A stretch of 64,000 bases of DNA from Desulfatiglandales bacterium (lineage in GTDB: Bacteria; Desulfobacterota; DSM-4660; Desulfatiglandales; Desulfatiglandaceae), in the NCBI GenBank assembly GCA_963666345.1, contig OY762721.1:256001-320000 (forward strand), in the 5' to 3' direction. Both the position numbers and the translations under genes were made by a program. Numbering within the stretch: position 1 is the stretch's first letter; every line of letters starts with the position of its first letter. Below the pieces are notes generated by a model that saw only the letters and a program-made list of their open reading frames with translations, was not told the origin of the DNA and did no database searches. This document shows positions 27,538 to 38,102 of the stretch, one piece after another.

Positions 27538-30276
27538 ATGACCCAAGGTAAAGCAAAAGGTTCAGTAATAGTTATGGGGGGTGGTATTGCAGGGATGCAA
27601 GCGGCCCTTTCACTCGCAAACGCAGGATACGGCGTCCACCTGATCGAGCAGTCCGCCTCCCTTGGCGGTATGATCCCGAGCCTTCACCGCATCTATCCAA
27701 TATGCGCATGCTGCAGGCTGGATCCCAGAATCGCCGCCTGCCGACAAGACCCCAATATCAGGATACACCTCAATACAAGCATCCGGGATATTTCCGGGGA
27801 GACAGGAAATTTCAAGGCAGTGCTTGATTCGGACGGCCGGCAGGAAACCGTGGATGCGGGTGCCATCCTCCTAGCCGCCGGCATAGAGACCTTTGAACCC
27901 TCGCGCTATGACACCTATGCCTACGGCCGTCTGCCTAACGTGATTACCAGTGTTGAATATGAGCAGCTTCAGAAACCGCTCGGCCCCAACAGCGGCCTGC
28001 TCAAAAGGCCGTCCGACGGCAAAAATCCTGAAAAGATCGCATGGCTTCAATGCGTGGGCTCAAGAGAGGTCAACCAGTGTGACGCGCCATACTGTTCAAC
28101 CGTATGCTGCATGCACGCACTCAAAGAGGCTATGACCACCAAAGACCAGGATGAGGATATAGACACAAGTATATTTTACATGGATATGAGGGCGCAAGGA
28201 AAGGGATTTGAAGATTACCTCAACAATGCCGTTCAAAGAGGTGTCAATCTGATTCGAAGCAGGGTTCACACGGTTGATACCGTCCCCGGAAGTGACGATC
28301 TGGCCATAACCTACGCGGATGAAAGTGAAGAGCTTCATATTGAAAACTTCGACATGGTAGTGCTGTCCGTCGGTTTAAGACCATCTTCGACCGCAGTTAA
28401 CCTTGCAAAAAAATGCGGAATAGAGCTCAAGGAAAGTCAGTACATAGCCACAACGCCCTTTATGCCGGTATCCACAAACATACCGGGGATATTCGTGAGT
28501 GGAGGAATCGAAGGCCCGGCAGACATCTCCGAATCGATTATCCAGTCAAATGCAGCGGTCTCCGAAATCATATCGGTTCTTGCCCCTGAGCCGTTCAGCG
28601 CCCCGGCCTCTTACCCGGAGATAAGGGAACTGGATGATCAGGAGGCATCTATATTCGTGTCATACAATCTCTGCCCGGGAATGGACCCCAAGTTCGCGGA
28701 AAAAATCGCGGAATGTGCAAAGGCCCTTCCGGGGGTCGTCGCGGTCTCACAGGCAGAAGGAGACTTACTGGATGCGATCTCACAGGGAATAACAAAATGC
28801 GGAGCCAACAGGCTTGTCTTTGCGAGCTGCACCCCGGTTGTCCATGAAGGTCTTGTCAGGGAGGCCTTGAGGCTTGCCGGGATCAACCCCTATCTCTATG
28901 AGACGGTTGATCTCAGGGCGATAGGAGATGACACGATATCCACCCAGATCGAGGACCGCCTCCGCATGGGCGCATCCAGGGTTTCACTTATCTCCCCTCC
29001 ATCTTTAAGGGAAATCGCCGTTTCAAAAAGCGCCCTTGTCGTGGGAGGAGGTATTGCAGGCCTTGAAAGCGCGCGTGCCCTCTCTCTGGAAGGTTACCAG
29101 GTAACGGTCATAGAAAAGGAGAAGGAACTCGGAGGGCACGGCCTCCATGTAAGAAACACCTGGCAGGGCTTTGATGTACAGGGGTATCTGAAGGACCTTA
29201 TCTCCTCGGCCCGTAAGGATAAAAATATCACCATAATGACCGGAACCGAGGTCACTCAAAACAGGGGCTTCGCGGGCAACTTCGCAACTACCGTCATACA
29301 AAACGGAAAGGAAAAGGGCCTTTCAAACGGAGCCATAATCCTGGCCCCCGGAGGAGAGACAAAGAGGCCTGAAGAATACCTCTACGGAGAGCATGACAGG
29401 GTCTTTACCTGGCAGGAATTAAGCGCCCGGATGATTGAGGACCCTTCCCCCTTTGAAAACGCCTCAAGCGCGGTATTCATACAGTGCGTGGGATCAAGAC
29501 AGCCGGATTGTCCTCACTGCAGTAACTTCTGCTGCACCTTTGCCGTCAGGGCTGCGATAGACCTTAAGACAAATAATCCCTCCATGAAGATCTTCATCCT
29601 CTACAGAGAGATGCGCACGTTCGGTGAAAGGGAGAACCTGTACAAACAGGCCAGGGAAAAGGGCGTGATATTCATACGCTATGACATGGACTCAAAGCCG
29701 GAAGTTGAGGCGCTTGGGGATAAAGGGCTAAAGGTTACGGTCTTTGATCCTATACTGCAGAGACAGATTACCCTGGAAGCAGACTTTATTTCGCTTCAGA
29801 CGGCGATAGTCGGTTCGAACAACAACCGGATTTCTGATATCTTTAAGGTCGACCTTGATTCAAACGGATTTTTCGCGGAATCACCTGAAAAGCTGAAACC
29901 TCAAAGCACGACCGTTCCGGGAATCTACACGGCCGGGCTCGCGCACTATCCCAAGGACACTCTCAGCAGCATAGGACAGGCAAAGGCAGCCGCGGCCTGC
30001 GCTCTCGAGATCCTATCCAGGGACACGGTCCAGGTAGGCGGGGCGGTCGCAGAGGTTAATCCTGAAAAATGCGCGGTCTGCTGCACCTGTGTAAGGACCT
30101 GCCCCTTTCAGGTGCCTGTTATCGACCATAGCACGGGCGCGGCATATATAGATCCCGGACTTTGCCAGGGATGCGGCATGTGTGTCGCGGAGTGCCCCGG
30201 AAAGGCGATAGTCATGTCCACATGCAGCGATGATATGCTGGTTGAGGCCTCCTCTTTCCTGACGGCGTCATCATGA
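27538..30276 (+). CDS. hdrA: HdrA-like flavoprotein, tandem FAD domains, Cys-only paralogue
   Basis: Two GGGIAG FAD motifs, two QCVGSR...CS-x-x-CC motifs, C-terminal 2x[4Fe-4S] (CAVCCTCVRTCP, CQGCGMCVAECP); 912 aa. Confidence 0.9.
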   Translation: MTQGKAKGSVIVMGGGIAGMQAALSLANAGYGVHLIEQSASLGGMIPSLHRIYPICACCRLDPRIAACRQDPNIRIHLNTSIRDISGETGNFKAVLDSDGRQETVDAGAILLAAGIETFEPSRYDTYAYGRLPNVITSVEYEQLQKPLGPNSGLLKRPSDGKNPEKIAWLQCVGSREVNQCDAPYCSTVCCMHALKEAMTTKDQDEDIDTSIFYMDMRAQGKGFEDYLNNAVQRGVNLIRSRVHTVDTVPGSDDLAITYADESEELHIENFDMVVLSVGLRPSSTAVNLAKKCGIELKESQYIATTPFMPVSTNIPGIFVSGGIEGPADISESIIQSNAAVSEIISVLAPEPFSAPASYPEIRELDDQEASIFVSYNLCPGMDPKFAEKIAECAKALPGVVAVSQAEGDLLDAISQGITKCGANRLVFASCTPVVHEGLVREALRLAGINPYLYETVDLRAIGDDTISTQIEDRLRMGASRVSLISPPSLREIAVSKSALVVGGGIAGLESARALSLEGYQVTVIEKEKELGGHGLHVRNTWQGFDVQGYLKDLISSARKDKNITIMTGTEVTQNRGFAGNFATTVIQNGKEKGLSNGAIILAPGGETKRPEEYLYGEHDRVFTWQELSARMIEDPSPFENASSAVFIQCVGSRQPDCPHCSNFCCTFAVRAAIDLKTNNPSMKIFILYREMRTFGERENLYKQAREKGVIFIRYDMDSKPEVEALGDKGLKVTVFDPILQRQITLEADFISLQTAIVGSNNNRISDIFKVDLDSNGFFAESPEKLKPQSTTVPGIYTAGLAHYPKDTLSSIGQAKAAAACALEILSRDTVQVGGAVAEVNPEKCAVCCTCVRTCPFQVPVIDHSTGAAYIDPGLCQGCGMCVAECPGKAIVMSTCSDDMLVEASSFLTASS

Positions 30277-30392
30277 GATTTATCCGCCGATTCGGGGATC
30301 AGGGATCCCGTTTCCATGGTCTTTAATGTCTCAGGGTCGATTCCGTTACGGCGGCAGGTGTTGCCGAGCCAAACAAACAAGGAGAATTTTCC

Positions 30393-30800
30393 ATGAACGA
30401 TTTCACACCTAAGATAGTCGCCTTCTGCTGTTCAAACTGTGCCTCTTCCGCAGCGGAGATAGCCCACGGCATGTCAAAGACAATGCCGCCCAATGTTAAG
30501 ATTGTCCAGGTTCCGTGTACGGGCCGTATAGAAATCCTCCATCTTCTGAAACCCTTTGAAAACGGTGCGGACGGAGTCTATGTCGCCGGCTGTCAGGAGG
30601 ACAGCTGCCGGTATGTCAATGGAATCACCAAGGCGGCTAAAAGGGTTGAAAGCGTAAAAAAAATCCTGGAAGAGCTGGATATCGAACCGGACAGGATAGA
30701 CGTCTTCAATCTCTCGGCAGCACAGGGACAGAGATTCGTTGAAGTCGCACATGAGATGGTTGAAAAAATCAGGGATCTAGGGCCAAGCCCAGCCAAATAA
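30393..30800 (+). CDS. mvhD: MvhD/FlpD [2Fe-2S] subunit (Cys form)
   Basis: IVAFCCSNC, VPCTGR, GADGVYVAGC-x4-C, LGPSP. Confidence 0.92.
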   Translation: MNDFTPKIVAFCCSNCASSAAEIAHGMSKTMPPNVKIVQVPCTGRIEILHLLKPFENGADGVYVAGCQEDSCRYVNGITKAAKRVESVKKILEELDIEPDRIDVFNLSAAQGQRFVEVAHEMVEKIRDLGPSPAK

Positions 30801-30828
30801 ACCCAAGACATTTTGCGAGGTAATCATA

Positions 30829-31497
30829 ATGATCGTTGCTGAGTCAAAACCTATAAAGGAAATCCTCGACATGGTACAGCAATTCCACAGGATACTTGTG
30901 GTAGGCTGTAAAGGGTGCGTCACAGTCTGCAATGTCGGAGGCGCAAAAGAGGTTGCAATCCTCGCCTCCGCGCTCAGGATAGCCGGTAAGAAAGCGGGAC
31001 ATGCATTTGAGATAGAAGAAAGGACCTTGGAGAGGCAGTGCGATCCGGAATATATCGAGGAGCTTGATCCTGTAATCGAAGGCTATGATGCCGTCGTTTC
31101 AATGGCGTGTGGTGTCGGCCCGCAATTCCTTTCAGAACGTTACCTTTCCGTCAGGGTATTTCCCGGTGTGAACACCAAGTTCATGGGGGGGGCCGTGGAA
31201 CATGGAGTGTGGGCGGAAAGGTGCGCAGGATGCGGGCAATGCGTTGTACACCTTTTCGGCGGTATCTGTCCCATTGCCAGGTGTTCGAAGAGTCTTTTGA
31301 ACGGTCCCTGCGGAGGGTCCAATAATGGAAAGTGTGAAATTTCCGATGATGTAGACTGCGTCTGGGACATAATTGTGAGAAAAATGACGGAGCAGGGTCG
31401 GCTTGACGATTTGATCGAATTCGTTCCACCCAAGAGCTGGACCACTGCACGTGACGGAGGACCTAGGCGTATGGTCAGGGAGGAACTGGTGAAATGA
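30829..31497 (+). CDS. metV: Methylene-THF reductase small Fe-S subunit MetV
   Basis: GCKGCVTVC..GG, ERQCD, ACGVG, CAGCGQC...GICPIARCSKSLLNGPCGG...CE....DCVW; overlaps the metF start. Confidence 0.88.
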   Translation: MIVAESKPIKEILDMVQQFHRILVVGCKGCVTVCNVGGAKEVAILASALRIAGKKAGHAFEIEERTLERQCDPEYIEELDPVIEGYDAVVSMACGVGPQFLSERYLSVRVFPGVNTKFMGGAVEHGVWAERCAGCGQCVVHLFGGICPIARCSKSLLNGPCGGSNNGKCEISDDVDCVWDIIVRKMTEQGRLDDLIEFVPPKSWTTARDGGPRRMVREELVK

Positions 31498-32423
31498 GCG
31501 AGGTTAAATCTGGAAGCAACCTGGAAAAGGTTTTAAGGGCTGGTCATTTCGCATTCACAGGTGAGTGTGGTCCGCCTCAAGGCGCCAATGTGGAGCACCT
31601 CAGGGAAAAGGCCTCTCACCTGAAAGGCTGTGTTGATTCGGTCAATATAACCGACAATCAGACCGCGGTCGTCCGCATGTCCAGCTGGGCTGCGTCCCTT
31701 TTGATACTGAATGAAGGGATTGAACCCAATTTTCAGATGGTGTGCCGGGACAGAAACAGGCTTGCCATTCAAAGCGACATACTCGGCATATACTCTCACG
31801 GCATAAAAAACATGCTCTGCCTTTCCGGAGACCATCAAAAGTTCGGTAACCATCCTGACGCCAAAAACGTCTTTGATATCGATTCCATGCAGCTTATTCA
31901 TACTGCCAAGACCATGAGAGATGAAGGTAAATTTCTAAACGGTCAGGATATAGACGTGCCGCCCAAGATCTTTATCGGGGCCGCATCCAATCCATTTGCC
32001 GAACCCTTTGATTTCCGGGTATACAGGCTGGCAAAAAAGATCGCCGCCGGTGCCGATTTTGTTCAGACCCAGTGCATATACAATATGGACAAATTCAGGG
32101 AATTCATGAAAAGGGTCGTTGACATGGGGCTTCATGAGAAGTGCTTCATACTTGCCGGTGTCACCCCCATGAAAAGCGTAGGTATGGCCCGTTATATGGC
32201 AAAACAGGTACCAGGCATGGACGTGCCCTCTTCTCTCATAAAAAGGCTTCAGGGGGCTGGAAAGGGTAAAGTGGCGGAGGAGGGAATACAATTCGCCATA
32301 GAGCAGATAAATGAGTTCAAGGAGATGGAAGGAATAGCAGGGGTTCACCTGATGGCCATAGAATGGGAGCACCGGGTACCTGAAATCGCCGAAAGGGCGG
32401 GTATGCTGCCAAGGCCTCAGTAG
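31494..32423 (+). CDS. metF: Methylenetetrahydrofolate reductase MetF
   Basis: GECGPP, NITDNQTA, CRDRNRLAIQSD, LSGDH, KKIAAGADFVQTQ, GVHLMA. Confidence 0.95.
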   Translation: MSEVKSGSNLEKVLRAGHFAFTGECGPPQGANVEHLREKASHLKGCVDSVNITDNQTAVVRMSSWAASLLILNEGIEPNFQMVCRDRNRLAIQSDILGIYSHGIKNMLCLSGDHQKFGNHPDAKNVFDIDSMQLIHTAKTMRDEGKFLNGQDIDVPPKIFIGAASNPFAEPFDFRVYRLAKKIAAGADFVQTQCIYNMDKFREFMKRVVDMGLHEKCFILAGVTPMKSVGMARYMAKQVPGMDVPSSLIKRLQGAGKGKVAEEGIQFAIEQINEFKEMEGIAGVHLMAIEWEHRVPEIAERAGMLPRPQ

Positions 32424-32471
32424 AGTTTGCCAGAAGACCGTTTTTTTTGTATTTTCACGACAGTAAACTAC

Positions 32472-32566
32472 AAAAGTCCTTTAGGGAATCCTTACGCGAT
32501 GAGGGGGTAAAACCGGAACCCGGCAATCTCCTCGCGGGTAAGAATTACCCAAAAGGGCTTTTTTTT
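32472..32566 (+). terminator. Long imperfect hairpin with U-tract after metF (terminator or structured RNA)
   Basis: Nested pairings AAAAGTCCTTT/AAAGGGCTTTT, GGG/CCC, CTTAC/GTAAG, GCGA/TCGC, then a T run. Confidence 0.5.
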
Positions 32567-32663
32567 ATTAATCCTTTCTGATATACGTGTATATGCTTGT
32601 CACCTTTTGCTCACCATGTTTTATCTGAAAAAAGTTTTTGACGCATATAAGGGCGCCTGTCTT

Positions 32664-32915
32664 ATGATCATAAAGACCAAAAACGGCAGATCTTTTGATA
32701 CTGAAAAGGACCTTAATTCCGCTGAGCGGCATATAGTGCAAAAGCTTTTTGCCTGGGAACAGATGGCCGCAAGCCTTGAACAATTCAAGGGGAAAAAGGA
32801 AGAAGCACTCAAAAAAGGCTGGAACGGCTCCGGTCCCCTGCGTGAAAGCATCGCGATAAGGATAATTACAAGAGACATGGAACAAAAGGTTAGCGCACGT
32901 TTGGCGACCGGTTGA
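32664..32915 (+). CDS. Small hypothetical protein
   Basis: MIIKTKNGRSFDTEKDLNSAERHIVQKLFAWE..., 83 aa from ATG 32664; leads the regulatory cluster. Confidence 0.65.
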   Translation: MIIKTKNGRSFDTEKDLNSAERHIVQKLFAWEQMAASLEQFKGKKEEALKKGWNGSGPLRESIAIRIITRDMEQKVSARLATG

Positions 32916-32974
32916 CGAAGCTCACAAAACGACGATCACCATGATCGTCCAAAAGGCTTATCCTCTGTGATGCC

Positions 32975-34945
32975 ATGAATAAAAAGGCCAAAGACGGCGG
33001 GACCCGCGCGGCGACTTTCCCTGCCTCGGAAGTGAACATCCACAAGCCGACCATCTGTTTTGCAATCGTCGGCGGTGGAAAGGAGTGCGCCCTGCTCCTG
33101 CAGAACCTTTACCCGGACGGATTTTCCAGATTAAACATGGAACTGATCGCAATAGCCGACCGGCAAAAGGATGCACCGGGTTACGCATTTGCCGAAAAAT
33201 CCGGTTTATCGGTTTTTACGGATTATAGGCGATTATTTCAGATTAAAGGCCTGAATCTGATCGTGGAATTGACCGGTTCCGATCCGGTCGCGAAAGAGAT
33301 ATACGGAACCAAACCTGATAATATATCTTTCATAGACCACAGCCTGGCTCACCTCATATTTTCTTCCATATTCAGTGAATCCCCGGACAAACTACTTGAC
33401 AGGATATCCATGGATATCTGCATGAAGAGAAAGGAAAAGACCCAAACCGTCCTTGATTCCCTTCCCTATCGCGTAATGGTAGTTAACAGGGATATGACCA
33501 TAAGCATGGTCAACCATACCTTTCTCAGGGAGAAAAATCTTACCTGGGAAGAGGCCATAGGCAAATATTGCTACCAGGTAAGGTACGGACTCAAAAGACC
33601 CTGCTGGCAAAGCGGCATGACCTGCTACCTAAAAGAGGTAAAGGAGAAGGGTGAGATCGTAAGCTCCATACACGAATACCGGGATGAAAAGGGTGAGCAG
33701 CGTTTCGATGTGATCACCGCATCGGCCATACTGGATGATACCGGGAAAATCACCCAGCTCCTTGAGGCCTCAAGGGATGTCACGAAGAGGATAAAGCTTG
33801 AGAAAGACGCCCAGAAATCGAACGTATTTCTGCAGAATGTCATTCAGAGCACGGTAGACGGAATAGTAGTGGTTGATACCAGAGGTTATGTCCTTCTTTT
33901 CAACGAGGGCATGGAAAGGCTTACCGGATATACGGCGGAGGAGATAACCGCAAAAGGTCACGTAAGTTATTTCTATGACATCGACGTGGCCAGGGAAAAC
34001 ATGAAAAAGATGCGCAGTTCCAGGCATGGACCCGTAGGCAAACTTAACCCCATATCCATGTCCGTAACAACAAAACAGGGGGAAGAAATTCCGGTTACCC
34101 TCTCCGCCTCCGTCATAACCATAGATGGAAAGGAGGTGGGAAGTGTCGGTGTGTTCACCGACATGCGTGAAGTCCTGAAGATGCGCAAGGACCTTGAAGA
34201 GGCCCACCTCCAACTGGTGCAATCCGAAAAGATCGCCTCAGTGGGAAAGATGGCGGCAGGAGTCGCCCATGAAATAAACAACCCACTTTCAGGAATCCTT
34301 TTATACGCGGAACTTTTGAAGGAAAATCTGGTCCATAACCAGCAGCACATGAGCGATATACAGGAGATAATCGATCAGACCCTGAGGTGCAAGAAGATAG
34401 TCTCCGAACTTCTGGAGTTCAGTCGTCATTCGGTTGGAAAGGTTTCATCCTTCAGCCTGAAAAAGCTTATAACCAAGTGCATGGACCTGCTCATAAATCA
34501 GGCCATTTTTCACGACATAGACGTAACAACCGACATTGACGGCGACATGCCCGACATAGTCGGGGACATGGGACAGCTTCAACAGGTCTTTACAAATCTT
34601 TTCATAAATGCGGCCGATGCCATGCATGGCAAGGGGAGGCTTGACATTCACGCCTCGTACAATCATGAAAAGGGTTCCTTCAGGGTACTGGTCGCAGACA
34701 CCGGTCCCGGCATACCTGTCCGGGTCAGAGACAAGATCTTCGACATATTCTTTACGACCAAACCCACTGGAAAGGGAACAGGTCTGGGCCTGAGCATATC
34801 TCAGAACATCATCAAGCTTCATGGCGGAACTATTTCCGCGCAATGCCCGCCAGAAGGAGGCACTACCTTTGTGATCGAGATACCGAGGGAATACATGGAG
34901 CCGTTTGCCGATGAAGAGGTATTTATAGGGATGGAAGGACCATGA
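32975..34945 (+). CDS. Sensor histidine kinase (Rossmann-like N-domain, two PAS domains)
   Basis: FAIVGGG...AIAD...LIVELTG; two PAS domains; [38 protein letters not shown]. Confidence 0.92.
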   Translation: MNKKAKDGGTRAATFPASEVNIHKPTICFAIVGGGKECALLLQNLYPDGFSRLNMELIAIADRQKDAPGYAFAEKSGLSVFTDYRRLFQIKGLNLIVELTGSDPVAKEIYGTKPDNISFIDHSLAHLIFSSIFSESPDKLLDRISMDICMKRKEKTQTVLDSLPYRVMVVNRDMTISMVNHTFLREKNLTWEEAIGKYCYQVRYGLKRPCWQSGMTCYLKEVKEKGEIVSSIHEYRDEKGEQRFDVITASAILDDTGKITQLLEASRDVTKRIKLEKDAQKSNVFLQNVIQSTVDGIVVVDTRGYVLLFNEGMERLTGYTAEEITAKGHVSYFYDIDVARENMKKMRSSRHGPVGKLNPISMSVTTKQGEEIPVTLSASVITIDGKEVGSVGVFTDMREVLKMRKDLEEAHLQLVQSEKIASVGKMAAGVAHEINNPLSGILLYAELLKENLVHNQQHMSDIQEIIDQTLRCKKIVSELLEFSRHSVGKVSSFSLKKLITKCMDLLINQAIFHDIDVTTDIDGDMPDIVGDMGQLQQVFTNLFINAADAMHGKGRLDIHASYNHEKGSFRVLVADTGPGIPVRVRDKIFDIFFTTKPTGKGTGLGLSISQNIIKLHGGTISAQCPPEGGTTFVIEIPREYMEPFADEEVFIGMEGP

Positions 34946-36438
34946 ATGAAAAGACAGCCGTACTGGTGGTAGATGATGAAAGGTCGATTAGGGAAGGATG
35001 CCGCCGCCTTTTGACTGGAAGAGGCTTTTCCGTTGATACCGCTGAAAACGGACGGGTGGCCCTGGAGATACTTTCAAAAGCCCGCGTGGATATCATGCTC
35101 CTTGACCTTAAGATGCCTGTCATGGGAGGAGAAGAGTTACTGGGCATAGTCCGGAACAGCCACCCCCATATCCCGGTCATAATAATAACGGGACACGGAA
35201 CGGTTGATACGGCGGTTGAATGCATGAAAAACGGGGCCTATGATTTCATAACAAAGCCCTTTGAGGTCGACCAGTTTCTTCTTACCATAAACAGGGCTGC
35301 CGAAAAAAAACGCCTTGAACAGAGGGCAAGGCTCTTTGAAGAGGAAAACATAAAGAATCTATATGACATCACACTAGAAAAGAGTCGCCTCAGGACGATC
35401 ATCAACTGCATGGCAAACGGAGTAATGGTAACCAATCGCAATCTTGAGGTGGTCCTTCACAATCCGGCGCTCATGAGGCTGATGGAAATCCCGGAACAAA
35501 CCAGGACACCCGTTCCTATAAGCAAGATAATTGACAGCAAGTCTCTCATAGAGACTATAAGACAGATTCAAAACGGCGAAACCGGCCAGAGTGAGTTTAT
35601 CGCCCAGGAGATTCGGGTGGGGTCAAACATCCTGAGGGCGATTTCGGCGCCCGCTTTCGGGGTTGACCGGCATGTCTTTTTGAGTGTGGTAGGCGCGGTC
35701 ACCGTACTTGAGGACATTACGGCCTTCAAACAGCTCGATTTGATGAAGACGAACTTTGTCAACATGGTTGCACATGAACTCAGAAGCCCTCTGGTATCGA
35801 TAAGGCAGCTCAACAGCGTACTATGCGAGGGCCTGGCCGGGGAACTGGGTCTGAAGCAGAAAGACTATGTGGAAAGGGGTATAAAAAAGATCGATGTATT
35901 GCTGGAACTGATAAACGACCTGCTTGATGTCGCCAGGATCGAGGCGGGAAAGGTCGTGCAGCACAGGGTGCCGACCGATCTGCTCTCAATCATGGAAAAC
36001 ACGATTTCCCTCATGGAACAGCATGCCGCAGAAAAGCAAATAAAGATAATCCTTGAGTGCGGCGACATACGGCCTATCCAGGCGGATCCAAAGAACATGG
36101 AGGAGCTGTTCACCAATCTTCTCAGTAATGCCGTCAACTACTCCCCGGGAGGTGGTGAAATACGAGTCTCGGCCAAAGGACACGCCGGGTACGTGCAGAT
36201 AATGGTCGAGGACACCGGCATCGGAATACCGGTGGAAGAACTTCCCAAGATTTTCGATCAGTTTTACCGAGTAAAACACCCAAGTACACGCCAGGTAATA
36301 GGTACGGGTCTCGGGCTCTCGATCGTAAAGGGCATAGTCGAGGCCCACCATGGGAAGATAGAAGTGGAAAGTGTCATCAACAAGGGGACCTCATTTAAGA
36401 TTCTTCTGCCCTTAACAGCTGAAACGGTCGATCAATGA
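34942..36438 (+). CDS. Hybrid receiver-PAS-histidine kinase
   Basis: LVVDDE, LLDLKMP, FITKPF; VAHELRSPL, NLLSNAVNY, GTGLGL; ATGA overlap with the upstream gene. Confidence 0.92.
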   Translation: MNEKTAVLVVDDERSIREGCRRLLTGRGFSVDTAENGRVALEILSKARVDIMLLDLKMPVMGGEELLGIVRNSHPHIPVIIITGHGTVDTAVECMKNGAYDFITKPFEVDQFLLTINRAAEKKRLEQRARLFEEENIKNLYDITLEKSRLRTIINCMANGVMVTNRNLEVVLHNPALMRLMEIPEQTRTPVPISKIIDSKSLIETIRQIQNGETGQSEFIAQEIRVGSNILRAISAPAFGVDRHVFLSVVGAVTVLEDITAFKQLDLMKTNFVNMVAHELRSPLVSIRQLNSVLCEGLAGELGLKQKDYVERGIKKIDVLLELINDLLDVARIEAGKVVQHRVPTDLLSIMENTISLMEQHAAEKQIKIILECGDIRPIQADPKNMEELFTNLLSNAVNYSPGGGEIRVSAKGHAGYVQIMVEDTGIGIPVEELPKIFDQFYRVKHPSTRQVIGTGLGLSIVKGIVEAHHGKIEVESVINKGTSFKILLPLTAETVDQ

Positions 36439-37796
36439 CGCACGATATGCAAGACAGACAGGTTCTGGTTATTGACGATGAATCCGTTGTCAGAAAGGCG
36501 ATAAGCAGGGCACTTCAAAACAAGGGCATGATGGTGAAGACCGCTAAAAGCGGCCACGATGCAGTGGATCTGCTGAAAGGCGCCCCGTTTGACCTCATTC
36601 TGCTCGATATCCGAATGCCGGACATGGACGGAATAAGCCTTTTAAAAATAATCCGCTCCAGTTATCCCAAAACCCCGGTTATCATGATAACCGGTTATCC
36701 CAGCATTGACTCGGCCGTTCGGTGCGTCAGGCTCGGCGCCCTTGACTACCTTGTCAAACCGTTCCGGCTCGATGATCTGGATGCGGCCCTTGCCAAGGGC
36801 CTCACCCCGGAGCGACCCGATGCGATCCGGGGAAAAAGCCCGCACGCAGTGCCGATCGACTCCAAAAGGAACCTCATTATCGGCGAAAGTCGCCCAATGG
36901 CAGATCTTTATGAAAAGATATTGAAGGTGGCTCCCACTGACAGCACGGTACTTATCACGGGTGAGAGCGGTACCGGAAAGGAACTGGTAGCAAGGGCCAT
37001 ACATGTCAACAGTCTCAGAAAAAACAGGGAATTCGTTGCGGTTGACTGCTCCTCACTTGTGGAAAGCCTTCTTGAAAGCGAGCTGTTCGGTCATGTAAAG
37101 GGTTCATTTACAGGGGCTCATAATACCAAGCATGGCTTTTTTGAACTTGCCAACCAGGGCACATTCTTTTTTGACGAGATATCCAACCTGAGCCTCAATA
37201 TCCAGGCAAAACTCCTGAGGGTGGTTCAGGAAAGGGAATTCATGAAGGTGGGAGGCCACAAGAGGATAAGACTGGATATCCGAATAATTTCCGCATCCAA
37301 TAAAAACCTTGAACAGTCGATTCAAACAGGTGATTTCAGAGAAGACCTCTTTTACCGTATCAGCGTTGTCCCGATTCATCTGCCCCCCTTAAGACAGAGG
37401 AAGGCGGATATCCCGATCCTTACTCAACATTTCCTCAACAGATTCAGCCGCAAGATAAAGCGCCCCAAGCCTGAAATAACTCCCGACGCAATGGAGATAC
37501 TGATGGAGTATTCCTGGCCCGGTAATGTAAGGGAGCTGGAACATACGATCGAGAGGATACTCATACTTGAAGACACCGACATAATACGCCCGAGTGATCT
37601 TCCCTCCTTCATATCTCAACGCATGGGCGAATTTCAGATGTATTCGGAAGAACCTTTCAGCCTGGAAGAGCTTGAAAAAAAATATATACGTTTCGTGCTG
37701 AGAAGGACAAAAGGGAAAAAGGCAAAAGCGGCACAGGTGCTCGGCATCAACCGCAAGACCCTTGGCCTCAAGATCAAAAAATACGACCTCTACTGA
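36435..37796 (+). CDS. Sigma-54-dependent response regulator (NtrC family)
   Basis: Receiver domain, GESGTGKE, ESELFGHVKGSFTGA, FFDEI, WPGNVREL, Fis-type HTH. Confidence 0.95.
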   Translation: MTHDMQDRQVLVIDDESVVRKAISRALQNKGMMVKTAKSGHDAVDLLKGAPFDLILLDIRMPDMDGISLLKIIRSSYPKTPVIMITGYPSIDSAVRCVRLGALDYLVKPFRLDDLDAALAKGLTPERPDAIRGKSPHAVPIDSKRNLIIGESRPMADLYEKILKVAPTDSTVLITGESGTGKELVARAIHVNSLRKNREFVAVDCSSLVESLLESELFGHVKGSFTGAHNTKHGFFELANQGTFFFDEISNLSLNIQAKLLRVVQEREFMKVGGHKRIRLDIRIISASNKNLEQSIQTGDFREDLFYRISVVPIHLPPLRQRKADIPILTQHFLNRFSRKIKRPKPEITPDAMEILMEYSWPGNVRELEHTIERILILEDTDIIRPSDLPSFISQRMGEFQMYSEEPFSLEELEKKYIRFVLRRTKGKKAKAAQVLGINRKTLGLKIKKYDLY

Positions 37797-38086
37797 GGTG
37801 CAAAACCGCCAGTGCTACGAGTAATATTGTCACATTTGAGATATTTTATCGCCTGTGATAATTTCTCTTTATTTTTCAGGCAGTTATGCCAAAACATAGT
37901 TAAGGCACCGTTACAAATTGCCCCGAAAATTTCCTGCCATGGCCTGTTATGCCGGCTGGACCATATCCCTTCCGGTTTTCTCTCAAGCCGGGTCAACAAA
38001 TATTTCAAGGGGATATTCACCTCTTTTTGGTTAAAATGCCTTTCACCGCCCAAAATAAATCGGATCTTTCATGAGCCATAATTCAA

Positions 38087-38102
38087 AGGTACGAATATTG
38101 CT
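38087..38102 (+). promoter_or_regulatory. Putative sigma-54 (-24/-12) promoter
   Basis: AGGTACGAATATTGCT = GG-N10-GC with TTGC at -12; lies between the sigma-54 activator gene and the second Hdr/Met operon. Confidence 0.6.

Noticed and set aside
32472..32566. SRP (4.5S) RNA
   Set aside because: No CAGG-x-CCGGAAGG-x-AGCAG domain IV motif on either strand.
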